The position numbers were made by a program, and so were the translations under genes. A stretch of DNA of 64,000 nucleotides from Octopus vulgaris (lineage: Eukaryota), in NCBI GenBank assembly GCA_951406725.2, contig OX597833.1, forward strand, positions 7,936,001 to 8,000,000, in the 5' to 3' direction. This document shows positions 1 to 13,476 of the stretch, in pieces. Below the pieces are notes generated by a model. It did no database searches, had not been told where the DNA came from, and was given only the letters and a program-made list of their open reading frames with translations. Position 1 is the first letter of the stretch; every line of letters begins with the position of its first letter.

Positions 1-380
1 CAAGGAGCCGTATCCCGCTCCCACACACATGGCATTCAAGCAGCAATCCCTTCTAGCCAGGGATTGACCACAGTCTCCACAGCTTCATATGGTCACCTGA
101 ATTTAGCCTCAGGCTCTGTTCAATGCTGTGAGAGAAGCATGACGTCACCGTCAGAACGCCTGCTGCGTCCCTTCCTGCTGTGTCCCTTCCTGCTGCTGGC
201 CATGGCTTTACAGTCATCGTTGCAGCTGCTTACGTCACATCTTACAACCTCTACAGTGTTCAAAGAGATTTCAGCTGCAGCCATGATGTCGGCATTTTGA
301 TACGCGGCACGAATCACCATGATACAGGCAACTCTTTTTTCCCTATATTCTAATACCTTCCAGTCCTCCACGTCGGCCAA
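1..380 (-). mobile_element. Internally deleted Tc1/mariner transposase relic (maT/DD37D-like)
   Basis: Minus strand gives an N-terminal-like segment (MADVEDWKVLEYREKRVACIMVIRAA) followed closely by a catalytic-domain piece ETVVNPWLEGIAA*MPCVWERDTAP, resembling the LETVVKPW...YVWQQDSAP motif; stops present; runs off the window start. Confidence 0.7.
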
Positions 381-2157
381 CTACAACTTCAATCTTTATG
401 ACAACTCACCAATACTTCCAACTGTTCCTGAAAAAAGGGAGACATAAAAACTCATCAAAATATAATCACATCAAACGGAATTATATATCAGAACGAAGTT
501 TAAACTGTGATTATTAATTTATTCATTTATTACGTTACAGATCAAGTGGTAAGTATGCTATCCTACCAACTGACGGATCAATGGATCGTACCTCGCCACC
601 TGCATCGCTCCTTTTCTTTTTCCTTTCTTTCTTTCTTCCTCTGTCTGTCTGTATGTACATATGTCTCTCTCCCTCTCTTTCCTTCTCCCATGTTCACCCC
701 CTTTCTCCACTTAACTCGATCGCTTTGACCATAGCAGCAGTGGCTCAGTCTACTCAGCTGTAAGTCGGTACTATGTACAATGTTATTTACTGCCCATTGT
801 TATTTACTGAGCGACAACCGACGATAGAGGTTTTATGCAGAAGCTCAGTTCGCTAGAAACAGAAGGTAAACATCCCTCCAATCACACATACAGCAGTTCC
901 ACAGAAAGAAGGATATAATGATTAACAGTAGTCTTGAATATACAAAACTACGGGATCGTCATGGCTGGAACACTTTAATGATAAATATTTGGTGTCGTGT
1001 AGTGGAATTGAACCCTAAACTTTGTGGTTAAGAAACAAAGGTCTTAACTACACAAATCTCCCTGTACCTGTAATTACTTTGGGATGGAAACTTGAACCAA
1101 GTAAATACAGGGAAATGTTCGGGTAACAATTTCCGATGCTTAGATCGAGCTGCAGTTGACGCCGTCGACAACGCCCTCTGGTGCCAAAAATACTGGCTCT
1201 GCGTGTCAACCGGATGTAAACCATTCATCTTTGAAGTTATTATGGCGGCTCGAACGATAAATACGACTTATGTAGAAAAGTGTTGCTGTCACGGCCATCT
1301 TGTCTTTTATTCAGACAAAGTGTATCTAGGACAACAATGCCGGATGTGTGCCTCTTTGCTGTTCTTGTTCTTGTTGTTTAACTCTCGGTCAGCTCGGATC
1401 AAGTGAACCTAAGATCAGTGGCATTCTAGCCAGGCCCATTCTGTTTTTGATTCAGATACATCACAAGACAGTAGCATGTGATTCGTGGACGATGCTACTT
1501 CTATTTCTAGCATATCAAACGAACTTATAAAGGCTCTGTCTTTGACTTAGAATATTTACTTCTTACGATGATGCTGAATCGATTCTGAAAGCCAACAGTT
1601 CAATAAGTCAACAAGAAACCTGCTCCTGATTCCAGTACGTGGTCAACACAGTGACCACGTGATGGACATATTTTCGCCAGTTCTAATTACTGAATTCTCT
1701 CTTTGTCCAGTTTAATGTCCACTTTCAGCTTTTTACTTTCCCTTTACAATTCATTTAGTGGAGGGAAAAATCAATAATTGATCTCGCTAACTGATTAGTG
1801 ACCGATCAGCTGACTTATTTCTTCTTTGGGATTCTTAATCTCGTGGTATCGATCACCAAATTGAATTGAATAGTAAATCTACCCCGGCTCACTTCACTGG
1901 GTAATTCTATTTTCACCAAACTCTGTCTTCGTTCAAATTCCATTCACACCCGAATCCCACCCTCACCATGTCAGGGTCTCAATTATCGATATATTTTTTT
2001 TCCAGAATCAATCATCTACGTTGACTGTCCTACGGTTCAAATACTGAGAAAAAACAGTTCCGGCCTGATAAGATGTGTGGTTGATGCCACCCCTGCCGTG
2101 GTGGTGTCTTGGCGGTTAAAAGGACGCTATATATACGATGGTAAGGGAAAGTTTCTA

Positions 2158-2184
2158 TAAATACATACATACATACATACATAC

Positions 2185-2243
<59 letters not shown>

Positions 2244-2484
2244 CAAACATACATACATACATACATACATACATACATACATACATACATGTATATATAC
2301 ATGCATACATACATACATACATACATACATACATACATACATACATACATACATACATGCATACATGCATACATGCATACATACATACATACATACATAC
2401 ATACATACATGCATACATACATACATACATACATAATACATACATACATACATACATGCATACATACATACATACATACATACA
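2158..2484. repeat. (TACA)n microsatellite
   Basis: Directly visible tetranucleotide tract with few interruptions. Confidence 0.95.
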
Positions 2485-3322
2485 CGTATATATGGCTGAG
2501 AAGTTAAGTTAAAACTAAAATTATTCTTTTGTTTTTTGTTTGTTGCTAAATAGGAAGAAAACATAACAAGTGCGAAGTGTAAAAAGTTTTCACCTGCTTT
2601 AATTAAAACAATGGTGATAGAAAAGAGAGTACTCCAAGATACACGCGTACTCCTGAAAGTGAAAGTGAAACTAAAACTCTTGTTTTGTTGGGGTTAGTTT
2701 AGAAAGGAGAAAGAGAAAAACTCATTTAACACAAAAAGAACTGGAAATCGTGAAGGGTTTCTTCCGCTTCTTCTGCTCTTAATTGTATCGCGAGAAGAAG
2801 ATTTTGTGTAAAAGCGGTTCCTTGTTTAGAAGCGTCTTAAGAAACTAGGAAGAATTGAAGCTGAGTTAATTCACTCTTTTCTTTTATGGTTCCTAATCAA
2901 TTATACCATTTTCAGGGATGTTTTGCCTTCGTTTTTCGATATTTCATCTTTATTTATTCTTTTCAAAACGAAATTACAAACCTTGCACAATTTAAGATTA
3001 TTTTCTGTTTCCTTGTTTGTTCGTTATTTTCTTTTTATCGGGGTTTATAAAAGAGAATCCGTTAGCAGCAGTTGTTCATATATTTGTTAAATTACATTGT
3101 TACTTCTAATGTTCAAACTTCGATTCAAAATCAATGACTTTGGGTGAAATAAAAATTTAAAAAAAGTAATAAAATAGATCGAAACAACGAAAAAGAAAAA
3201 AATATTAATCAAAGCCAAAATATTCATTGATTAGTTTAAGAAAACTTCTTGATAAGAACTTGCGACAAATCAACAGGGAAGTCATGTTGAATCGTAATAA
3301 AATAAATGGGAAAAAAATGAAA

Positions 3323-3338
3323 CAAGATGGCGGCCAAT
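3323..3338 (+). promoter_or_regulatory. Candidate YY1 site overlapping a CCAAT box
   Basis: CAAGATGGCGGCCAAT matches the YY1 consensus, in a ~1 kb microsatellite-free island; motif match only. Confidence 0.3.
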
Positions 3339-3928
3339 GACTAGTTTGATTGATGGAGATTTATACAGTCGTTTGGTGAATGACGGTTCAATTTTATGTG
3401 GTGTTTTGACAGAGAAAACAACAATTAGGGGACATTAGTCGATCTCTGTACGATGGAAGCCTGCAATTAGGGGATATTTTTCGGATCTCGGCTGTTGTTA
3501 ATGTGAATGTGCCAATAGAACGGGTGTATATAAACTCGTATCGACTTTAACACAAATATAGACACACTCAACGCCTCTCACACTCACATATTATAAATTA
3601 GTGGGACACATACCTACATATACAGCGTATATACGACATACATATATACACGCGCGTGCTATAAGTTGATTCTCGCATATATTGTGTATACACACGTACA
3701 CATAATGTGAAGCAAGTATCACTATTGTCACATATACACACGCATTGTTAGTATAACGTCACTTTGTCACAAGTACACACACACACACACATAAAATACA
3801 TACACATAAACACACACACACGCTATCAGTTTAGTATCAATAATGTCATATACACACAATTATAATATGCATGTATGTATGTGTGTAAGTGTGTGTGTAT
3901 GTACACACACACACACACACATATATAT

Positions 3929-3964
<36 letters not shown>

Positions 3965-3993
3965 AGATGCTACTAGTTTAATGTCAGTACTGC

Positions 3994-4032
<39 letters not shown>

Positions 4033-4426
4033 TTCTCCAGTCACGATTTGCATCGGTTCTAGAGAGAAGAGTAAAAAGAGAGAGTCAGAGAAAGTTAACA
4101 TAAGACATGCAGAACGAGAGCGCAAGATAGGCTTGGTGGCAGACAATGATTAAAGGAACGCTATTCCCACCCCACCCACACACACACACACACACGAACG
4201 CACACAGTGAAAGAACAAGTACCACAGAGAGAGAAAAGGTGGAGGAGGACGTAGAGAAGGAGAAATGGTAAATGGCAGAGTAATTACGGAATGAGTTATG
4301 CAAATGAGAAATTTGGTTTATTTAATTTCTGTGTTAAGGTAATAAATGGCGGCGTGTAAGGAACTTTCCCCGGGCGCTGTCCTGCAGTAAATGGTCGTAA
4401 AGACACATCCATCATGTGTGTCACAC

Positions 4427-5226
4427 CGAGCTGGCAGAAACGTCAGCACGCCGGGCGAAATGCGTAGACGTATTTCGTCTGCCGTTACGTTCTGAGTTCA
4501 AATTCCGCCGAGGTCGACTTTGCCTTTCATCCTTTCGGGGTCGATTAAATAAGTACCAGTTACGCACTGGGGTCGATATAATTGACTTAATCCGTTTGTC
4601 TGTCCTTGTTCGTCCCCTCTGTGTTTAGCTCCGTGTGGGTAGTAAAGAAATAGGTATTTCATCTGCCGTTACGTTCTGAGTTCAAATTCCGCCGAGGTCG
4701 ACTTTGCCTTTCATCCTTTCGGGGTCGATAAATTAAGTACCAGTTACGCACTGGGGTCGATATAATCGACTTAATCCGTTTGTCTGCCCTTGTTCGTCCC
4801 CTCTGTGTTTAGCCCCTTGTGGGTAGTAAAGAAATAGGTATTTCGTCTGCCGTTACGTTCTGAGTTCAAATTCCGCCGAGGTCGACTTTGCCTTTCATCC
4901 TTTCGGGGTCAATAAAATAAGTACCAGTTTCGCACTGGGGCCGATGTAATCGACTTAATCCATTTGTCTGTCCTTGTTTGTCCCTCTATGTTTAGCCCCT
5001 TGTGGGTAGTAAAGAAATAAGAATCGTTAGCACGCCGGGAAAACTGCCTCGTTCGTTTTTACGGTCTGACTTCAAATTCCGTTGAGGTCGACTTTGCTTT
5101 TCATCCTTTCGGGGTCGATAAATTAAGTACCAGTACGCACTGGGGTCGATATAATCGACTTAATCCATTTGTCTGTCCTTGTTTGTCCCCTCTGTGTTTA
5201 GCCCCTTGTGGGTAATAAAGAAATAG
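4427..5226 (+). mobile_element. Tandem multimer (about 4 units of ~185 bp) of a tRNA-derived SINE (family M)
   Basis: Head CGAGCTGGCAGAAACGTCAGCAC, B-box-like GAGTTCAAATTCC and central GCCTTTCATCCTTTCGGGGTCGAT recur head-to-tail four times. Confidence 0.9.
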
Positions 5227-5812
5227 ATAATGTTTCCATGACTGGAACTGCTTTTAATTGGTAACTTAATTTCCTTTCCCGCGTGCTACGCCACAGAACG
5301 TCAGCAAATGGACTTCACCCTGTCTGCATATAAACCACGGACCAGCGATTATCTTCGTTTCCACATGATCCGAGTACATGGAAATGATAAGCCACAAAAA
5401 TGACAACATATCGGATATCTACCATTCTCGATCAATCGAGGCGAGTTGATTCGCCTGGGATGAGACATTTGGGGTTCTTTAACCCTTGGCGTCGTGTAAG
5501 GAGCTTTCCCAGACGCTACCCCGCAGCAAATGCGCGAATAAACAAAACACGCACACACTATATTTATGTTACTTGATCTGCTTTTAATTCGTAATTAAAT
5601 ATTTTTCTTCTTTCGATAATTAGTTTTATAATTTATTATATTGTATATGTCAATGTCAAGTTTAAACGTTTCATATTATTTTTGATACTCTCTGAATATC
5701 AGCTTTTATTCCGGACACGAATCTTCGGTTTAGATGTGAATTATTAATCAACGAACTAAATATCATCATTAATGAGAAATGCGATACCAATATTTTTTAT
5801 ATCGCATATGTA

Positions 5813-5848
<36 letters not shown>

Positions 5849-5849
5849 G

Positions 5850-5890
<41 letters not shown>

Positions 5891-6290
5891 CTCAAAGCGT
5901 GGGTGTGTGGTGAGAAGCTTGTCTACCAACCACATGGTTCCGGGTTCAGTCCCACTGCGTGGCACCTTGAGCAAGTGTCTTCTACTATTGCCTCGGGCCG
6001 ACCAAAGCCTTGTGAGTGGATTTGGTAAACAGAAACTGAAAGAAGCCCGTCGTATATATGTATATATATATGTTTGTGTGTGTTTGTGTGTCTGTGTTTG
6101 TCCCCTAACATTGCTTGACAACCGATGCTGGTGTGTTTATGTCCCCGTTACTTAGCGGTTCGGCAAAAGAGACCGATAGAATAAGTACTGGGCTTACAAA
6201 AGAATAAGTCCCGGGGTCGAGTTGCTCGATTAAAGGCGGTGCTCCAGCATGGCCGCAGTCAAATGACTGAAACAAGTAAAAGAGTAAAAG
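5891..6290 (+). mobile_element. tRNA-derived SINE with CORE-like segment (family C), full length
   Basis: GGTTCCGGGTTCAGTCCC head, ACCTTGAGCAAGTGTCTTC segment, internal TA/TG tract, AAAAGAGTAAAAG tail; many copies in the window. Confidence 0.9.
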
Positions 6291-6327
6291 AATATATATA
6301 TATATGGGCGTGCGTATAGATATATAA

Positions 6328-6382
<55 letters not shown>

Positions 6383-6735
6383 TGTATGTGTGTCATTTAT
6401 CAGCGGATTGCTGTAGAAAGTATGACATTCCTGTTGTATTCTCAATAACCACAGAACGAAATTCACGGAGTTTAATTTAACGAATCGAAGTCGGTTGCTA
6501 GGAGAGAAATCCGTTGCTAGGGCTCTTTGACTGAACATGATACGCAGACTTAATAAAGCGTTCATCCGCTCGACGAAGGACAAACAGACAGAGAGACAGA
6601 AATGCAATGCAAAGCCGTTCCTTTGGATCTGTGAAATATCCGCCGTCAATAAATGAAATGATTTGGATCACTCATCATCGTTTCTATTATATCTCATTTC
6701 ACATCTCTCACTCACTCTCCCTCTCACTCTCTCTG

Positions 6736-6772
<37 letters not shown>

Positions 6773-6885
6773 CTCTGTGTCTCTCTCCCTCTCTTGTCTC
6801 TATTCTATTGAATAAGGATAATAACAAATAAAATTTTGCTGTTGGTGATAATGATGTGAATATGACGATACGACGACGACTACAA

Positions 6886-7275
6886 GGATGGTTATGTGGT
6901 GGTGGTGGTGGTGGTGGTGGTGGTGGTGGTGGTGGTTGGTGGTGGTGGTGGTGGTGGTGGTTGGTGATGGTGGTGGTGGTGGTGGTGGTGGTTGGCGGTG
7001 GTGGTGGTGGTGGTGGTGGTGGTGGTGGTTAGCGGTGGTGGTGGTGGTGGTGGTTGGCGGTGGTGGTGATGGTGGTGGTGGTGGTGGTGGTTGGCGGTAG
7101 TGGTGGTGGTAGTGGTGGTGGTGGTGGTGGTGGTGGTGGTGGTGGTGGTGGTGGGAGTGGTGGTGGTAGTGGTGGTGGTGGTGGTGGTGGTGGTGGTGGT
7201 GAGGATGTTGATAATGGCGACGGCGACCACGACGGTGTGATTATGAGGATGGTGATGATGATGATGATGATGATG
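6886..7275. repeat. (GGT)n then (GAT)n trinucleotide tract
   Basis: Directly visible. Confidence 0.95.
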
Positions 7276-7892
7276 GCCATTATCCTGATAATAACAATGA
7301 TGATGAGGAGGCACAGAAGGAAGATGCTGATGAGGACGCTTTCTGTACAGATTCCGGGCTATAAAACAGGGACCCAAAGCAAGTAGTTCCGTTGCCGTTC
7401 TTGAGATATTCCATTCACGTCTGCGACAATAAGCGACACTCCACTTCCATAGTTTCAAGCTTTTAGTTGAGGCGGAACCATTTGTTGAGTCCCTCAGCCC
7501 CTGTATGGATGTGTCCCCTGTCAAAGTACCCTATGCTTGGAGCCACCATCCTCATTCATCACCAATGGATGAACCGGATACCTTTACGCATCCTTTGTTC
7601 TCTTCATTATTTATTCTTAATACATTTCCGTAGATTCGGACGTGAATGTGCAAATCGCTTTAAGGCGAATCTATGTTCAGAACGCGCTCGATTCAATGAC
7701 GATGGGGAAATACTGGATGTCCGAAAGTACCCTTATGCTAATGAACCGTGTGTATGGAGATGAATATGCATTCGCCTTGAAGGAAAAGTGGTTCGCATCT
7801 AACGAAGTACAGCCGTGATTAGCGTATTCACTTTCGGATCCGATGAAAAGCATCAAGTTAGCGTATATATACACACATATATATATGTGTGG

Positions 7893-7928
<36 letters not shown>

Positions 7929-7933
7929 ATGGA

Positions 7934-7965
<32 letters not shown>

Positions 7966-8356
7966 TTTATTATCCGCTAGAATTAGTTCTCCAAGAATAC
8001 AGGTATTTGATTATGCACCTGTTTGTTTGCATAATGAGATCTAGTTGTGCTTCCTCAGGCGATATACGAGTGTTGTCTCCATTAATTTAAAGCCATCGAC
8101 ATCAAAGCCTTCTCCTCTGTTCGTCGTGGTTTGAATTTAGAATCTGCTGATAGACCCCTGGAGTGTGCCGCGAGAGCGCGTTTGTCACCGTAATCCTCCT
8201 TCTTGACTCCATTTTCTTTAATTTTTATATTCTCACACGATGAATGCCCAAATTTAAACTTGAAAGTATATAATAATACTAACGACAGTACTGGGTAATT
8301 CTGAAGGTGAACGAACTTTATACTGTACTCTACCACATTCCTAATGACATATAACA

Positions 8357-8401
<45 letters not shown>

Positions 8402-8421
8402 ATGTGTGTATACCTATAAAT

Positions 8422-8728
8422 ATATATAGAAAATAGTAAAAAGTGAAAAAACTACAGAAGGCTTGTTTTAAAAGGTTAAAAAATATATATTTGAGTCAAT
8501 ATGTCTGAAGAATGTTATAAATTTGTTTTCATACAATGACATAGTTTTTGAAAAAATGACCGGTTTCGCGTTCAGCTTTTCAAATTTCTTACATCGTTAT
8601 GTTTACGTTGAGAAGTGTAAAGAAGAGTTCCAGGTAAGGAGAGGTAATAAGTGACTCAAATATATATTTTTTAACCTTTTAAAACAAGCCTTCTGTAGTT
8701 TTTTCACATTTTACTATTTTCTATATAT
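8422..8728. mobile_element. Foldback element next to (TA)n, ~76 bp inverted arms with a hammerhead in the spacer (Penelope pLTR/retrozyme-like)
   Basis: Arms ~8422-8498 and ~8652-8728 are reverse complements with one mismatch; (TA)n on both sides. Confidence 0.75.
8551..8590 (-). ncRNA. Minimal type I hammerhead ribozyme, U3-A8 core variant
   Basis: Minus strand: aagaaat UUGAAAA GC ugaac GC GAAA CCGG UC auuuuuu; 7-bp stem I, 2-bp stem II, palindromic CCGG stem III, GUC cleavage triplet. Confidence 0.7.
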
Positions 8729-8859
8729 TCAACCACGTGCTTTCACACACCAACTTTCTCACCTATATATATATATATATATATATAATAACAATACAAT
8801 AAATAAAACATATGCATACATACATAAATATATGTACATACATGCATATATGAGTACGG

Positions 8860-9010
8860 GACACCACAAATAAACGTAGAACACAACGAGAAACGAAAAC
8901 ATAAAACCAAACAAGGAAACGGACTTTTTTAACAACGAAAAAACAGAGTACAAGACATTCCCCTTCTTCAGCTGCCCCAGATTCGACTCAATGCGTGTTT
9001 CGAAGGTAAA
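8860..9010. mobile_element. Fragment of a dispersed repeat (second copy ~25985-26330)
   Basis: GAGAAACGAAAACATAAAA...AACAACGAAAAAACAGAG...ATTCCCCTTC(T/A)TCAG shared with ~26015-26125; next to (TA)n. Confidence 0.65.
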
Positions 9011-9239
9011 CATATATATATATATATGCACACGCGCGCGCACACCCACATACCCACACACACCTCCATACGTCCGTCTGAGAGCTTTGAGTCTAGTTTA
9101 ACTCTCCCTCAACGCACTTGAAACTCGTTTGACTCACAATATTAAAACTAAATCCGCTGACCCATCGTTCCGTGCTTAACTCCTCCGTTTCGACGTCCAC
9201 CCAGAGCTGAAATGACTTTTAATTCATGATAAACCGGTT

Positions 9240-9324
9240 TGTGTGGTGGTTGGTTGGACGATGTTAGTGGTGGTGGTGGTGGTGGTGGTGGTGGTGGTGG
9301 TGGTGGTGGTGGTGGTGGTGGTGG

Positions 9325-9355
<31 letters not shown>

Positions 9356-9790
9356 GGTGCTGGTGGTTGTGGTGGTGCTGGTGGTGGTGGTGGTGGTGGT
9401 GGTGGTGGTGGTGGTGGTGGTGGTGGTGGTGGTGGTGGTGGTGGTGGTGACGGTGGTGGTGGTGGTGGTGGTTGGTTGGTTAGTTGGACGATGTTAGCAG
9501 TGGTGGTGGTGGTGGTGGTGGTGGTGGTGGTGGTGGTGGTGGTGGTGGTGGTTGTGGTGGTGCTGGTGGTGCTGGTGGCGGTGTTGGTGGTGGTGGTGGT
9601 GGTGGTAGTGGTGGTGGTGGTGGTGGTGGTTATGGTGGTGGTGGTGGTGGTTGGTGATGGTGGTGCTGGTGGTGGTGGTGGTGGTGGTGGTAGTGGTGGT
9701 GGTGGTGGTGGTGGTTATGGTGGTGGTGGTGGTGGCTGTGGTGGCGGTGGTTTGTGGTGGTGGTGGTGGAGGAGGAGGAGGAGGAGGTAG
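9240..9790. repeat. (GGT)n tract with a duplicated GTTGGACGATGTTAG interruption
   Basis: Directly visible; interruption at ~9253 and ~9483. Confidence 0.95.
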
Positions 9791-9887
9791 TTGAAATACA
9801 TGTTAATTGAAACACTTTTGTATATTATACGTGGACAAGTTTATACAAAGACACGCTATACGCACACGTACGTATGTACAAATGTAA

Positions 9888-9918
<31 letters not shown>

Positions 9919-10168
9919 CATGTACATATAAATATTCACTCGTTTAGTGTCTTAATTAATATATTTGTATATCTGTATATACGTGTGTATAAGTGTGTAT
10001 GTTTGAGTAATGTCATACATATATCAAATAAGTACCAGTTGAAGACGCTGGGGTCGATGTAATCGACCAAGCCCTGCCCTAAGATTGCTGGCCTTGAGCC
10101 AAAATTTGAAACCAGTATATGTATACATACATATATGTATATGCTTTTATATGTGCATACATGTGTGT

Positions 10169-10211
<43 letters not shown>

Positions 10212-10214
<3 letters not shown>

Positions 10215-10332
10215 ACCTGCTCGCTTAGCCAGCGGGATGGCGTCATTTGAAGGCTAAAACAATGCGAAGCGCATTGTGACTAGCGATGTGTAACAACATC
10301 TGATGGCCTCGTCGGTCACGGTGATCACGGTG

Positions 10333-10335
<3 letters not shown>
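10212..10335 (+). mobile_element. 3' fragment of the SINE seen near full length at 58508-58785
   Basis: TTGACCTGCTCGCTTAGCCAGCGGG...GGTCACGGTGAT matches ~58669-58782. Confidence 0.8.
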
Positions 10336-10365
<30 letters not shown>

Positions 10366-10833
10366 TGTATGTGTGTGTATGTATGTATGTATGTATGTAT
10401 GTATGTATGTATGTATGTATGTATGTATGTGTGTGTATGTATGTGTGTATGTATGTATGTATGTATGTGTGTGTATGTGTGTATGTATGTATGTATGAGT
10501 GTGTGTGTATGCTTTTATGTATGTATGTATGTTTCTATTTTATACACCGTCTCCATAGACACCAATACAACCCATTTTCCAAACAGCATCTCAACATTAC
10601 TGTGTATTCAACAGTTAAAATACAATCACGTGGACAAACACACACACACACACACACACACATCACACATCACGTGGACAAACACGCAACACACACACAC
10701 GTCACGTCTCCCTCTTTCTCTCTCTCTCTCTCATACACACACACACACTCTCCATGTGTATGCATTATTATACATATATGAAGCATATGTATATATAAAA
10801 GTATGTATGTATGTATGTATTTATGTATGTATG

Positions 10834-10865
<32 letters not shown>

Positions 10866-11064
10866 TGTATGTATGTATGTATGTATGTATGTATGTATGT
10901 GTGTCTATCTCTCTTGGGATATCATTCATTCAGCCAGTTCCCTTGTGTATATACGTCACTCTGCCATAATGTAACACTGCTGTATATTTTATGCTCACCA
11001 CTGATACGTGCTGCAACTCTGCTGTATATACACTCGTGCACGTCACTTGTAGAGAACATCTATT

Positions 11065-11146
<82 letters not shown>

Positions 11147-11639
11147 ATGCATGAATGTATGTATGTATGTTTGTATGTATGTATGTAGGTACGTATGTTG
11201 TATTTTTAGCTCTTTGGAACTTTCCTCTAAGGAAGGAACTAATTTCTAACAAAGATACAAAGTTCCATCGTTGGAATGTAGATAACCAAAAGAATTTCAC
11301 ATTTTAAACTTGAGAAAAGTCTTGCATATTTTAACTCTTCCGCTTACAGACTGTATTTGTAATGTGCGGTTTTGCTGGCTGATTTCTTTTCCTTTAAACC
11401 TCAGCTCATCCAGTTTGTCATTTGGGTATTTACTAACAAAACCAAGCGCACCAGTTGCTATTGGTATAAATATTAATTTGTACTGTGTATATTAGAAGCT
11501 GGGCGTTTCGCATTGGTTGTTCATAGATATCCTCTTTGTCTTTGATTTTCAAAGAGATATTCTCATCAGCGGGACAGCTGACCTCCTGGACGGTAAATAC
11601 TCTTTCTAGCCTGTCCCAAATGAATGTAAGTGTGTGTTT

Positions 11640-11671
<32 letters not shown>

Positions 11672-11675
11672 CTGT

Positions 11676-11707
<32 letters not shown>

Positions 11708-12180
11708 TGTGTGTGTTGTGTGTGTACAGTAATCCCCTGACTATCGCGGATGTTACGCTCCAAAACCTTCCGCGATATTTTTTATTTTATTATTTTTATA
11801 ATTTATATATATTCATTTTATTATAAATGCAAAACAAAACCACAGAGTAATCGACGTAAGCTTAAACAATAAACCGCGATAGGTTCACAGCGGAGGTGAA
11901 CAAGGTGGACTTGGCCAAGGCATGATAGCTGCTATACCTCGATACTCGATGAAACACATCCCAGGATAGACTCTGTGGTCAGTGTGTCTATCGATGTTGC
12001 AGCTATTTGTGTATATATGTATGTATATGTGTACAAATGTATATATGTGTGTATATTTGAATGTATATGTGAGTATAACTGTGTGTATGTCTGTATAGGT
12101 CCGTATATGTATGTATATGTGAGTATACGTGTGTATATTTGTGTATATGTGTGTCTATACAGGTAAGACGACGACAATAA

Positions 12181-12212
<32 letters not shown>

Positions 12213-12374
12213 ATGATAATGATGATGATGATGACGATGATGACGGTGGTAGTGGTGGTGGTGGTGGTGGTGGTGGTGGTGGTGGTGGTGGTGGTGGTTT
12301 TGGTGGTGATGGTCCAATCCTTACACTGTTACATTTTATCATTTTTCTTCTCTTATCTCCCCCCACCTATCCAG

Positions 12375-12512
12375 GACCCACCTATGCTCAAGAACGAAAT
12401 GGTCTCAGAATATTGAACGTGACCGCTGAAGATGCTGCCATCTACACGTGTATATCAGAAGTTCCCTCTTTGGGGGACTTTCGAACTCGAGACATCAGAG
12501 TTCGAGTCATAG
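12375..12512 (+). CDS. Internal exon encoding the C-terminal half of an Ig domain; NCAM/Fasciclin-II/apCAM-like adhesion molecule
   Basis: Long polypyrimidine tract + CAG acceptor, 138-nt phase 1/phase 1 exon, G|GTAAAG donor; peptide PTYAQERNGLRILNVTAEDAAIYTCISEVPSLGDFRTRDIRVRVI has the L.I.NV...D...Y.C Ig signature and resembles Fas2 Ig2 as recalled. Confidence 0.85.
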
Positions 12513-12595
12513 GTAAAGTAGCTTCACTCTTCCTTCATTTCATAACTCTCCACTTTCAGCACCTTGCTCTCAACTATTCATCTTTTATTGGTTTG

Positions 12596-13473
<878 letters not shown>

Positions 13474-13476
<3 letters not shown>

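Noticed and set aside
7634-7817. AG-preceded ~60-codon open stretch as a possible exon
   Set aside because: No Ig or other recognisable motif and no convincing donor
8955-9010. GAAA...CUGAAGA arrangement on the minus strand (also ~26110-26160) as a type II hammerhead
   Set aside because: Stem II pairing overlaps the core and stems I/III do not form
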